From NCBI GenBank assembly GCA_965199825.1, contig OZ241329.1, forward strand, positions 1,446,204-1,510,203: a stretch of DNA of 64,000 bases, written 5' to 3'. The notes below the pieces were generated by a model. That model saw only the letters and a list, made by a program, of their open reading frames with translations, did not search any database and was not told the DNA's origin. The stretch's first letter is position 1, and each line of letters starts with the position of its first letter. Positions 20,007-29,261 of this stretch are shown in pieces. Source of the stretch: Bdellovibrionales bacterium (lineage in GTDB: Bacteria > Bdellovibrionota > Bdellovibrionia > Bdellovibrionales > UBA1609). The position numbers and the translations under genes are program-made.

Positions 20007-21092
20007 TCAAGTATCCAAATAAAGTGTGAGAACAAAAGCAGGTAAGCCCAGAGTAAGCCAAAATAAAAAATGGCGGGCAAGCCCAATACGGTTTGAAGAC
20101 AGAGGCGAGCGCATGCGCCAAATCCGCTGACCAACCAAAAATGAAAATCCAATCAAGACAGTCACAGGAGCAAGCCAAAGAATCGGTTTTTGAAACCAAT
20201 ACGCAAACGAAATCCAAACCAAACAAAATGAGATAAGCTGAAATATCAAAAATGATTTTGCCTGATCAAAACCCAGTCGCGACAAAAAGGTGCCCGAGCG
20301 AACAAGGCCATCGGCAAATAAATTTTCAAAACTTTTAAATTGAAAAACCACCACCGCAAGCCATCCCCACAAAATTCCGAGATGAAAAACCTCGGGAGGT
20401 GCAGTGCCCGCAATGGCTAATGAAAAGGTTGAGGTCAACAAAGGGCCAAAACAGATAAAAATCAAAAAATCGCCTACGCCGTGATACTTCAATCCAAAAT
20501 AGCGGTGGCAAAACCCGAGTATAGAAAGCGGAGCAAGGGGCGCCAACACCCAAACATAAAATGTTGAGGCCATAACAAGCGGGATACCCACCAAAAATCC
20601 GGTTACAATCATCAAAGTCCCAAAGCTTTTTGCAAACTGAGCGGTAATAAAACCTTTTTCGATAATCTGACTGCCACGACGTGCGGAGACCGCATCAATC
20701 CCGCGCAAATGATCTGAATAATCATTCAAAAAAAACACCGCAGAATGAAAAAACAAGATGGCAAAAATAGCATAGCCCACTTTTAGAAAAGAAAATCCTT
20801 GGTCATGAAAACTCAAAACAAAACAGGTGGAGATAATTGGATTGAGGCAAAGCGGCAAAAGATCGAGACGCGCCCCTTTTACAAAAATCTTTAAAAATGA
20901 GGGCGTTTGTATTTTTAGTTTTTCGGTAAGCTCAAAGGTGAGTGTGGGATGGCCGCCTTCGCCGCGTGATAGTTCGGCTTGTCTTAAGGAAGGTACAAGG
21001 CGTGCACGAAGATTTAAATCAAAGGTACCCAAAAGATAAGACTCAAGCCGAGGATCATCTTTGTTTAATGTGATGTATTTCATTTTCGCCAA
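20007..21092 (-). CDS. menA: DHNA prenyltransferase (UbiA family) with N-terminal extension
   Basis: NDYSDHLRGID, LKYHGVGD..FGP, many TM helices. Adjacent to a polyprenyl synthase. Confidence 0.75.
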   Translation of the reverse strand: MAKMKYITLNKDDPRLESYLLGTFDLNLRARLVPSLRQAELSRGEGGHPTLTFELTEKLKIQTPSFLKIFVKGARLDLLPLCLNPIISTCFVLSFHDQGFSFLKVGYAIFAILFFHSAVFFLNDYSDHLRGIDAVSARRGSQIIEKGFITAQFAKSFGTLMIVTGFLVGIPLVMASTFYVWVLAPLAPLSILGFCHRYFGLKYHGVGDFLIFICFGPLLTSTFSLAIAGTAPPEVFHLGILWGWLAVVVFQFKSFENLFADGLVRSGTFLSRLGFDQAKSFLIFQLISFCLVWISFAYWFQKPILWLAPVTVLIGFSFLVGQRIWRMRSPLSSNRIGLARHFLFWLTLGLPAFVLTLYLDT

Positions 21093-22024
21093 TACAGCGG
21101 TGTAGGAAGCTGACTTAAATCTTTAATCAATGACTTTTGTTTATCTGGCAAAAGTAATTTTAAGTTTTCTAGATAATGAAAATAAAGATCAATCTGATTT
21201 TGATTCATTTGATCAAACTCTTTGAGGTCTTTATCAAATTGCTCCTTGGTGAAAAATTCCAGAACCTCAGGGAGCGTGGTCAAAGTTCTAAATTTTTCGC
21301 GTTCAACAGGAGTGAGGTTTCTTGCCAAAAATGCGGCAAATGAATTGAGATATCCTGATTTTAAATCACCAAGAACCGCTTTTTTTTCAGAGTTTCGAAT
21401 ATCAAAATCAAGGAGATCATCTGAGCGCTGAAACAGGAGGCCAAGAATTCCGCCGAGCTCATCAAGCAAGCGGTAAAGTTCAGATTGAGATTGATCAAGA
21501 CATAAAAACGGAGCCTTCAAGCACCACTTAAACAATGAAGCAGTTTTCAAATTGTGAACTTGATCCAACGTCTCAAGGCCAACTTCCCAATCATTGATTA
21601 ATGAGTCTTGAATCCATTCGCCTTCTAACAAATCAGAAATTATTTCGGCAGTGTATTGAATGAGTTTAAGATTTCCAAACCGCGAAAGATTCACCATCAC
21701 GCGCGCAAGCAAATAATCTCCTGCAAGCACAGCGTACTCGGGAGAGTATTTAAGCCAAGCCGCGGGCTTACTGCGCCTCAAAGGGGAGCGATCAACCAAA
21801 TCATCATGGAGCAAAGAAGCATTATGGATAAATTCAATGGTTTGGCAAAGAAGTTGGGCTTGTGACGAAGTCAGATGAAGATGCCCACCCACCATTTGGA
21901 TCAACTTTGACCGAAAGCCCTTACCCGATGAGAACAGATCATCATAAAGAGCGTTGAGCTTTGGAAGATAAGCCGGAAAGTCATCCTTACTGAAAATTTT
22001 GAGTTCTTTGTACTTTTTCATCAA
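21080..22024 (-). CDS. Polyprenyl diphosphate synthase
   Basis: GKGFR, LLHDDLVD..RR (FARM), KTASLF, FQRSDDLLD (SARM). Confidence 0.92.
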   Translation of the reverse strand: MMKKYKELKIFSKDDFPAYLPKLNALYDDLFSSGKGFRSKLIQMVGGHLHLTSSQAQLLCQTIEFIHNASLLHDDLVDRSPLRRSKPAAWLKYSPEYAVLAGDYLLARVMVNLSRFGNLKLIQYTAEIISDLLEGEWIQDSLINDWEVGLETLDQVHNLKTASLFKWCLKAPFLCLDQSQSELYRLLDELGGILGLLFQRSDDLLDFDIRNSEKKAVLGDLKSGYLNSFAAFLARNLTPVEREKFRTLTTLPEVLEFFTKEQFDKDLKEFDQMNQNQIDLYFHYLENLKLLLPDKQKSLIKDLSQLPTPLYWRK

Positions 22025-22045
22025 AGTTCAGTAACCTATCAAAGT

Positions 22046-22465
22046 ATGTTTAAGACCACAATCTTTGCCCATTTTGATCGCTGTGATCCCGCAGGAATTT
22101 TATTCTACGGAAATTATGCAATCCTCGGTCATCAGGTTCTCGAACAATACATTCCGGCGCTAGGAATTTCTTGGTCTGAGTGGTTTGAGAATAAGAATTT
22201 TGGTGTTCCGATCCGTAAACTTGATGTCGACTACTTGAGGTCCATTTTCGCTGGACGGCAATATGTGGCACTAGCCCAAGTTGGTACCGTTAAAAATTCT
22301 TCGGTGGAATTTGTGGTAGAGTTTGCTGAGCCTGGCGGCGAAATTTGCGCGCGTATCAATTCGATCCATGTTTTTGTAGATCTCACCACAGCCAAAAAAA
22401 TGATGATTCCTCCGCTCATTAAAGAGCTGTTACAAAAAGGCGTGCACGAAGGTAGTAAAGCTTAG
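22046..22465 (+). CDS. Acyl-CoA thioesterase (4HBT/YbgC hot-dog fold; possibly DHNA-CoA hydrolase)
   Basis: CDPAGILFYGNY motif. Divergent from the menA cluster. Confidence 0.82.
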   Translation: MFKTTIFAHFDRCDPAGILFYGNYAILGHQVLEQYIPALGISWSEWFENKNFGVPIRKLDVDYLRSIFAGRQYVALAQVGTVKNSSVEFVVEFAEPGGEICARINSIHVFVDLTTAKKMMIPPLIKELLQKGVHEGSKA

Positions 22466-22546
22466 TCTCAATTTGATAAAGTGTGCTGATTTTTAATAAG
22501 TGTCACAATCCTCTACATCTTAAGCTCCTTTAAAACTCCTGGCGGC

Positions 22547-22561
22547 TGGAATGTGCTTTGC
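22547..22561 (+). promoter_or_regulatory. Putative sigma54 -24/-12 promoter
   Basis: TGGAATGTGCTTTGC with exact GG-N10-GC spacing. Confidence 0.6.
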
Positions 22562-22575
22562 GCTGTGAGTAGCAT

Positions 22576-23796
22576 ATGAAAACACTTAAACTCGTCAGCA
22601 TGATCCCAAAACTCACAATCTCCTTTACCGCGGTCTTCGCTTTAGCAGGTTGTGGAGCCAATCACTTTTCATCAGTTGCCAAAGGCAATACAGGTTCCAA
22701 CACTCAGACGGGTATACCCGACACACCTAGTACTGGTGGAAACCCAACTAACGGTGGCAATCCCACAAATGGTGGCAATCCAACGAATGGTGGCAACCCC
22801 ACAAACGGTGGCAATCCCACGAATGGTGGTAACCCCACAAACGGTGGCGATCCCACGAATGGTGGTAACCCTACAAACGGTGGCAATCCAACAAATGGCG
22901 GCAATCCCACCGGTGATCCTGGCGCGCCGCCAGTGGTTCAAAATCCAGATCCAACGCCTTCGTGTCAGCCAGTGACTTCGGTGACCGAGCCTCTCAAAAT
23001 TTTAATCGCGATTGATAATACTGGGTCAAACGGCAGCAATCAGTACGCAGCAGAACTTCCTCCAAGCGGATTATTTTTGGGTTCTGATAATGACGAACAA
23101 TATCGTCAGAGTGCTACCCGCCAGCTTGTAAGCTCGCTTAAAGATTCTTCAAACGTCAGTTACAATTTAAGTTATTTTCAAGATTTGTTTACTGTGAGAT
23201 GGCGTCCACACAACGAGCGCTATGCTCCAAATGCCCAATCCCTTTTAAACGATTCGACTACAGGTTCGCCAGGTTTCGGAAATTCACAAGCAATGCTCAG
23301 TGCACTTGATCAATTTCAAACTTTACAAGCTGATGGTCCAACCGAATATTTTACGGTTTTGAATCTGGCCCAACAAACAATTTTGGATGACCCACAATTC
23401 AAAAACGGAAATCAGAACTATGCTTTTGTGATGATCACAGATGGTGAGCCCACAGAAAGAATTATTGGATCAAACTCTGATGGCAGCCCCATGGTCAGAA
23501 CCTGGAATGGTGCAGCTGACGAAGCTGATTTGATTGCAGCAATAAAAAGTTTGATTGCCCTTTCGCCCGGACACATCACGGTCAATGCAGTTTTTTATAA
23601 CTCTCTCACAGAGAGCCAGCGCCAACAAATTTCATCGGCTAATTACGATGCGGTTGATCCAGATGCTCCACGACTTTTGCAAGAAATTGCGACTGCAGGT
23701 GGCGGCCAGTTTGCCAATCAGCATACAGCCGGTAGCGATCAGATTCATTTGACCGATGTTATCACCGTGCCTTCGGCCATTTGTTCACAAAAATAA
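22576..23796 (+). CDS. Lipoprotein with GGNPTN tandem-repeat linker and VWA domain
   Basis: Lipobox LAGC. VWA/MIDAS-like IAIDNTGS, GPT, ITDGEP and LQEIATAGGG. Confidence 0.8.
   Translation: MKTLKLVSMIPKLTISFTAVFALAGCGANHFSSVAKGNTGSNTQTGIPDTPSTGGNPTNGGNPTNGGNPTNGGNPTNGGNPTNGGNPTNGGDPTNGGNPTNGGNPTNGGNPTGDPGAPPVVQNPDPTPSCQPVTSVTEPLKILIAIDNTGSNGSNQYAAELPPSGLFLGSDNDEQYRQSATRQLVSSLKDSSNVSYNLSYFQDLFTVRWRPHNERYAPNAQSLLNDSTTGSPGFGNSQAMLSALDQFQTLQADGPTEYFTVLNLAQQTILDDPQFKNGNQNYAFVMITDGEPTERIIGSNSDGSPMVRTWNGAADEADLIAAIKSLIALSPGHITVNAVFYNSLTESQRQQISSANYDAVDPDAPRLLQEIATAGGGQFANQHTAGSDQIHLTDVITVPSAICSQK
22735..22914 (+). repeat. Coding tandem repeat, 10 x 18 nt (GGNPTN)
   Basis: Ten units of ggtggcaatcccacaaat-like sequence varying mainly at third codon positions. 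Confidence 0.95.
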
Positions 23797-23803
23797 CTGA
23801 GAC

Positions 23804-23844
23804 GAGAGGTGTTTTAAGATGCACCTCTCAAGCTCACTTTTTTT
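23804..23844 (+). terminator. Probable intrinsic terminator
   Basis: GAGAGGTG-loop-CACCTCTC followed shortly by a T run, after the VWA gene. Confidence 0.55.
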
Positions 23845-23916
23845 CAAACCTGTTTAGACATTGATGTACAAACTAAATCCAATCATCAAACAAAAAGGAC
23901 CTAATGCAAATTCAGC

Positions 23917-23931
23917 TGGTCCTCATTTTGC
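23917..23931 (+). promoter_or_regulatory. Putative sigma54 -24/-12 promoter
   Basis: TGGTCCTCATTTTGC with exact spacing. Confidence 0.55.
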
Positions 23932-23943
23932 TCTAACTCAAGA

Positions 23944-24393
23944 ATGAAAATCATTTTTATTTATTTAGTGCTGTCGGCTCAAGCTGTAATCGCATCCCCA
24001 CTTCAATGCGTCCAAAAAGCTTTTGTTGATCAAAAAAATGAACTCAACCTTGATCAGCTTGTTCTCTTGTTTAGTGAAGCAGGCCCAGATTGCTCAATCC
24101 AGACCGATTGCTATAAAAAAGCCGAAAAAGCCTTTAAAACATGTGACGCTAAAAGGCCGAACGACCTCAGAGCCTATTTGTGTTCTGGAACTACAAATAC
24201 CGACAAAACTATCGAATGTTTCCAAAACGCCAGCTCAATGAATGTTTCATTTAATTGTTCGCAACGAGCGATGCTTTGCCACAAAGCGCACAACATGGCG
24301 CCACTGCGCTGTGTGAAAGACACCCTAGCTGACAAAGTCATCACCGCAATCACCAACGAAAATATTGCGATACTTTGCACCGGGGCAAATTAA
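23944..24393 (+). CDS. Secreted Cys-rich repeat protein
   Basis: Signal peptide and recurring A-x-L-C..C motifs. Confidence 0.7.
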   Translation: MKIIFIYLVLSAQAVIASPLQCVQKAFVDQKNELNLDQLVLLFSEAGPDCSIQTDCYKKAEKAFKTCDAKRPNDLRAYLCSGTTNTDKTIECFQNASSMNVSFNCSQRAMLCHKAHNMAPLRCVKDTLADKVITAITNENIAILCTGAN

Positions 24394-24394
24394 T

Positions 24395-25354
24395 TTATTT
24401 CTTTGCGAGTCGCAGACATGCGACTTTGAGTCCTCGAAGAATAAAATGAACAATGCTCTCGTCCTCATGCCGTTCTATGGATGAGGGAGCTTGATTTTTA
24501 CCGTCTTTAGTCAAAACCATCTTTGCTCCGAGATTCATTAAAAAAGCCTCAAGTGGACTTCGATCACCTGTCTTTAATAATTTGATTCCTAATTTTTGAT
24601 AGTTTCCACTCACATTCGCGCTGATCTGCTTGTCATTAATTTGAACCAAGCCGCGAGCGAAGTTCACCTTCCCCTCTAGCAAAACTCCATCGTCGATTTT
24701 TAAAAATGGTGTGAGTTCTGAAAGATCAAAGTGCTCAAGTTTCATATTGAGTTCGCCACGAAAAGGACTTCGAAAAAAATTTCCTGCTCCTCTTAATTCG
24801 ATTTTTCCTGATTTTTCGATTAATGCGCGCAGATTGGCAGAATGAAGATTATCAATCGACCCCGATATCTTTGATACTTTGATTTCGCCCATCGCCCCTT
24901 GGGTCACCGAGCGATAAAAAAATTGTCCTTCACTGAGTTGTATCAAATCAATCGGGGGAAGGTCGGGCGAGTCTGTGGACTCCTTTTTTGCTTTGGGAGC
25001 ATCGGTATCGGTCAAAACAATTTGAGGACGTCTAAACACTAAACTGTTGATGTGCAAATGACCGTAGAGAAGAGATTTTAAGGAAACATCAAGATCGATG
25101 CGGTCTACTTCAACTTCGATTTGCGAGGTCTTACCCGATTGGTGTGACGCTTTAATATTTTTAAATGCCATTTTGCCGGGATGAAGAAGTGAGAGATCGA
25201 TCGGATCTAACCGAATTTTCCCGCTTTGATCGAATCCATTCATGCGACTCTCGATCCAGAGGCGGAGCGAGTAAGCGGCAATAACTTGAGTAGATAAAAC
25301 AACCAACAAACCCATAACGATCACCAAAAGTGTTATCGTTATTGGTTTTTTCAT
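24395..25354 (-). CDS. AsmA/DUF748-like protein
   Basis: N-terminal TM anchor, SLL.G, LxINSL...PQI, beta-rich body. Confidence 0.65.
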   Translation of the reverse strand: MKKPITITLLVIVMGLLVVLSTQVIAAYSLRLWIESRMNGFDQSGKIRLDPIDLSLLHPGKMAFKNIKASHQSGKTSQIEVEVDRIDLDVSLKSLLYGHLHINSLVFRRPQIVLTDTDAPKAKKESTDSPDLPPIDLIQLSEGQFFYRSVTQGAMGEIKVSKISGSIDNLHSANLRALIEKSGKIELRGAGNFFRSPFRGELNMKLEHFDLSELTPFLKIDDGVLLEGKVNFARGLVQINDKQISANVSGNYQKLGIKLLKTGDRSPLEAFLMNLGAKMVLTKDGKNQAPSSIERHEDESIVHFILRGLKVACLRLAKK

Positions 25355-25370
25355 CAGGTTTTATCTCCGA

Positions 25371-26705
25371 TTAATTTTGCCCTACCGCCATCTCGCAGTC
25401 TGGATCGATCAAGCAAAGTTGGGCCTCTGCAATTTTTTGGTCCATATCTTGTTCTTGATCTGGCTCTTCAGAGCCTTGCATGTCTTTAAGACCCTTAGCA
25501 ACCTCATCTTGAAGCTCTTGCTTGGTTTTTGCCGCGACCATTTCCTTAGTCAATTTCACTCGACGGAATTCGTTGACGTAGACAATACCCTGACGTGAAT
25601 TTTCATCAAGACCAGGATGGAGGATAAACATGCGATTTGTTTTCGCATCCAATTTCCAATTCGAAAGAAAGTAAGTTCCAAGCTTTACGCCCATCTCTGT
25701 CGCCAAAGCCACATACTTCATTCTTTTGTAATCTAACGCGGTTAACAACACAGTCGATTCAGCAAGATATCCATAAAATATCGCCATCCACTGAGCATTA
25801 CTTCGATTGATATGACCTTTGCTCATCAACTGAACCACCGCAAAATTTTCGGCGGCACTTGCAGGTGAACGGAGAAGACTGATCAAACCAACTTCACCCA
25901 CGGCAAGAGGGGTAAATTTTGTTTTCGGCTGTACCCGACTGGTAAGAAAAAGTTGAGTCACACCATAAGAGAAGCCGATTCCTTCGTTCACAGTACCCGT
26001 TTTGACAATAGGATTGTTATTGTACCATTTTGTAAAACTCGAGTCTTTGAATACAGGAAGTTTGTATTCAGCTTTCCATTGGCTAAATGCGGTGGCGAAT
26101 AAACTAAAACCGATCCCTAAAGTTGCAGCGATCGAAGCTTGAGTCATTGTAATCGGATTCCAACCACCACCGTCTTTGACGTAAAGCAGTGTTGCGATAC
26201 TCACTCGGCCTAAACCACCAACGAAACTCACTGCATAATCAACACCTTTGGGATCATAGGTTTTGCCCAAGATCGCAGCGGTCAGATGTTTAACTTTTTC
26301 TTCCCATTTTTTGAAGCCTGTCAGTTGATCAAGATCTTTTGGTTCTTCCAAACTTTGAGGGATCACCTTGACCTTTACTCGCTCCAAGTCGCGATTTTTT
26401 TTGAGCTGATCTTCAACTGTGTGAACGAAGGCATCAACTTCAGCTTTTGATAAAGTGCTTGGAACAAAAACTCGAACATCGAGCGACCTATCTGCACCAA
26501 CATGCACATGATCTTTTGTTTCGAGACTGAAATTTCCGAGATCTTCGAGTGATAAATGCTCGGTTTTAATTTCAACCGAACCGCCATAGACGGGATCGCT
26601 AAATTGAGAATCAGTATATACGGTGATGCCTTTGTCTGATTCCGTTTCGGCCTGAGCAGCAAAAGTACCAACAGCTAAGAGAGAGCAAAGTAATAATTTA
26701 AACAT
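25371..26705 (-). CDS. Hypothetical exported protein with multiple hydrophobic helices
   Basis: Signal peptide MFKLLL..AAQA from ATG 26705, acidic N-domain, TM-like core. Confidence 0.65.
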   Translation of the reverse strand: MFKLLLCSLLAVGTFAAQAETESDKGITVYTDSQFSDPVYGGSVEIKTEHLSLEDLGNFSLETKDHVHVGADRSLDVRVFVPSTLSKAEVDAFVHTVEDQLKKNRDLERVKVKVIPQSLEEPKDLDQLTGFKKWEEKVKHLTAAILGKTYDPKGVDYAVSFVGGLGRVSIATLLYVKDGGGWNPITMTQASIAATLGIGFSLFATAFSQWKAEYKLPVFKDSSFTKWYNNNPIVKTGTVNEGIGFSYGVTQLFLTSRVQPKTKFTPLAVGEVGLISLLRSPASAAENFAVVQLMSKGHINRSNAQWMAIFYGYLAESTVLLTALDYKRMKYVALATEMGVKLGTYFLSNWKLDAKTNRMFILHPGLDENSRQGIVYVNEFRRVKLTKEMVAAKTKQELQDEVAKGLKDMQGSEEPDQEQDMDQKIAEAQLCLIDPDCEMAVGQN

Positions 26706-26718
26706 AATTCCTTCATCT

Positions 26719-26733
26719 GCACACAGGGTGCCA
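26719..26733 (-). promoter_or_regulatory. Putative sigma54 -24/-12 promoter
   Basis: Minus strand reads TGGCACCCTGTGTGC(A), close to consensus. Confidence 0.7.
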
Positions 26734-26815
26734 GTTCTTAAACGAAAACAAATATTCAAAAAAATTACAGAGATGTCTACTACCCATTCACCAAAGATCT
26801 CGGTAATTATTGGAT

Positions 26816-28024
26816 ATGGATAATTTTGAGGTCATCAATTCAACATTTGAAGTCGCACTATTTATCACTTCGATTTTGCTCGTGCTCTCGGTTGTTGCGA
26901 GTCGATTGTCGGGGTGGTTGGGCTTTCCGGTGCTCTTAATGTTTCTAGGGATTGGAATGATTGCAGGTTCGGATGGAATAGGCGGAATTAATTTTTCAAA
27001 TTATTCTCTTACTTTTGCGATCGGCAGTTTGACTCTTGCGTTCATTTTATTCGATGGAGGACTGCAAACCTCTTGGAACAATATTCAGCCTATTCTCTTA
27101 TCGGGTATTGCACTGTCTTCAGTGGGTGTTGTGATTACTGCGACATCTACCGCGATCTTCTCGCATTATTTTTTAAATCTGAGTTGGAGTGAGGGATTTT
27201 TGTTGGGCGCCATAGTGTCACCAACGGATGCGGCCGCTGTGTTTGGTGTACTGCGATCGCAAAAGGTTAGACTCAAAGCTGAAGTTCAGAGACTTCTCGA
27301 ATTTGAAGCGGGTTGTAATGATCCTGCGGCAATTTTACTGACAATTGCAACACTGAGATTTGCCACACATCCCGAAGGACAAATCGATCAATTTATCATG
27401 ATGTTTCTAAGGCAAGCCGGTGGTGGAATTATCTTAGGATTTATCGGAGGTCATCTTGCGTGTTGGACAATTAAACATCTGCGTTTAGATTTTGAAGGGC
27501 TTTACGATGTTTTGATGATGGGTTTTGTTTTACTCATTTTTAGTGGAACGTCTCTGTTACATAGTAGCGGATTTATTGCGGTCTACACAGCCGGCATTGT
27601 GATTGGAAATTCTAAAATTCATTGCCGCAAAACCTTATTGCAATTTTTTGATGGGATCGGTTGGATTTCGCAAATCTCGCTCTTTTTAGTTTTAGGTCTG
27701 CTAGTTTTTCCAACTCATCTTCCGGCGTTGTGGCGAGATGGATTAATTCTTTCGTTATTTTTACTTTTGGTTGCAAGACCTTTGAGTGTCGTGGTGGCAA
27801 CTCCAACTCGAAAACTCAATGTCAATGATCGACTTTTTATTTCTTGGGTGGGCCTGCGCGGGGGAGCCGCAATTGTTTTAGCGACATTGCCCTGGGGTGC
27901 CCATTTCGCCAAAGCTGAGTATTTTTTTAATTTGGTATTTTTTGTGGTCTGTCTTTCGGTACTGATCCAGGGAAGTACAATCAACTGGATTGCCAGAAAA
28001 CTTCATATCACGTTGAGGCCTTAA
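26816..28024 (+). CDS. cvrA: K+/H+ antiporter (CvrA/NhaP2 family, CPA1)
   Basis: GSDGIGG, LFDGGL, SPTDAAAVF, FEAGCNDP, WVGLRGG. Confidence 0.85.
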   Translation: MDNFEVINSTFEVALFITSILLVLSVVASRLSGWLGFPVLLMFLGIGMIAGSDGIGGINFSNYSLTFAIGSLTLAFILFDGGLQTSWNNIQPILLSGIALSSVGVVITATSTAIFSHYFLNLSWSEGFLLGAIVSPTDAAAVFGVLRSQKVRLKAEVQRLLEFEAGCNDPAAILLTIATLRFATHPEGQIDQFIMMFLRQAGGGIILGFIGGHLACWTIKHLRLDFEGLYDVLMMGFVLLIFSGTSLLHSSGFIAVYTAGIVIGNSKIHCRKTLLQFFDGIGWISQISLFLVLGLLVFPTHLPALWRDGLILSLFLLLVARPLSVVVATPTRKLNVNDRLFISWVGLRGGAAIVLATLPWGAHFAKAEYFFNLVFFVVCLSVLIQGSTINWIARKLHITLRP

Positions 28025-28093
28025 TCTCCCAAGCTCAAAGTTCGATTTTTCCCCAAAGGGGCTTCTGGCTTGAAACTATTCCCATATTAAGCC

Positions 28094-28108
28094 TGGTATT
28101 ATTTGTGC
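28094..28108 (+). promoter_or_regulatory. Putative sigma54 -24/-12 promoter
   Basis: TGGTATTATTTGTGC with exact spacing. Confidence 0.55.
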
Positions 28109-28134
28109 TTCATACTTATTACAAAGGGAGAACT

Positions 28135-29241
28135 ATGAATAACTCATTAAAACGTGAACTCGCATTTGTCGCCGGAACGCTTGGATTTTTATTGGCTAAG
28201 CGACGCTCTGGACAACTTATGCTCGCCGCCAGCGTGGCGCTTTTATGGTCGTCAACAAAGCGGTCATTCAATTATCGTGGCAAGACCGTTTTTATAACAG
28301 GCGGATCTCGCGGGCTCGGACTTTCACTTGCTTGGAATTTACTAAAACTTGGCGCTACCGTAACTCTTGCAGCTCGAGATGAAGAAGAGCTCGAAAAAGC
28401 GCGGCAGATTTTGTTGCGCGATTTTCCCTATGGGATCGTACACACAACAGTTTGTGATGTGACAAATTCTTATCAGTTGCGTGCAAGCCTTGATGCCGCA
28501 GTTGAGCGGATGAACGGAATCGACCTTTTGATCAACAATGCGGGCGCAATTTTGGTTGGACCGTTTACCTCGATGACCAAAGATGATTTCGTTTCGCAAA
28601 TGAATGTTCATCTCTTTTCGGCGATCGATGCAACTGATGCCCTCATTCCGCAATTTAAAAAACGTGGTGCAGGCCGCGTTCTTAATATTTGCTCGATTGG
28701 CGGTAAGGTCGCAATGCCTCACATGTTGCCGTACGACGCCTCGAAATTTGCACTTGCGGGATACTCACAAGGAATCACTGCTGAACTGGCCCGACACAAC
28801 ATTCAGGTCACCACCGCTTACCCCTCGGTGATGCGCACTGGATCGCCCAAACAAGCCTTGTTTAAAGGTGAGCATGAAAAAGAGTTTTTGTGGTTTAAAG
28901 CTATCGATAATTTACCAGGATTGTCGCTTTCGGCTGATACGGCTGCCAAAAAATTATTGGACGCCGTTGCAGATGGTCGGACCGAGGTTGTGCTGTCGGT
29001 TCCTGGTCGCTTGCGCGTGCTGTTTCAGGCTTTGTTTCCCGAGACCGCAACCACTTTGATGGGTGTGATTGCACGACTCCTTCCGCGCGGAAACTCACCC
29101 ATACAAAAAACTGGGGCACAAAGTTCTCGATTGTTTGATAAAAGCTATTTGCTCTCGGGTTTGAACAAACGCGATGAGCGAGCTCAAGAAACTTACAATC
29201 AGTTGGCCGAGCACGATTTTAAAAATTCACAACTGCAGTAA
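28135..29241 (+). CDS. Short-chain dehydrogenase/reductase
   Basis: TGGSRGLG, NNAG, YDASK. GGGAG RBS precedes ATG 28135. Confidence 0.92.
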   Translation: MNNSLKRELAFVAGTLGFLLAKRRSGQLMLAASVALLWSSTKRSFNYRGKTVFITGGSRGLGLSLAWNLLKLGATVTLAARDEEELEKARQILLRDFPYGIVHTTVCDVTNSYQLRASLDAAVERMNGIDLLINNAGAILVGPFTSMTKDDFVSQMNVHLFSAIDATDALIPQFKKRGAGRVLNICSIGGKVAMPHMLPYDASKFALAGYSQGITAELARHNIQVTTAYPSVMRTGSPKQALFKGEHEKEFLWFKAIDNLPGLSLSADTAAKKLLDAVADGRTEVVLSVPGRLRVLFQALFPETATTLMGVIARLLPRGNSPIQKTGAQSSRLFDKSYLLSGLNKRDERAQETYNQLAEHDFKNSQLQ

Positions 29242-29261
29242 TTTGATTTTTCAACGCGCAA

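Noticed and set aside
22735-22914. 18-nt tandem repeat as a CRISPR array or non-coding repeat
   Set aside because: There are no spacers; the repeat is in frame and varies at synonymous positions. The antisense (VGLPPF)n ORFs are shadows.
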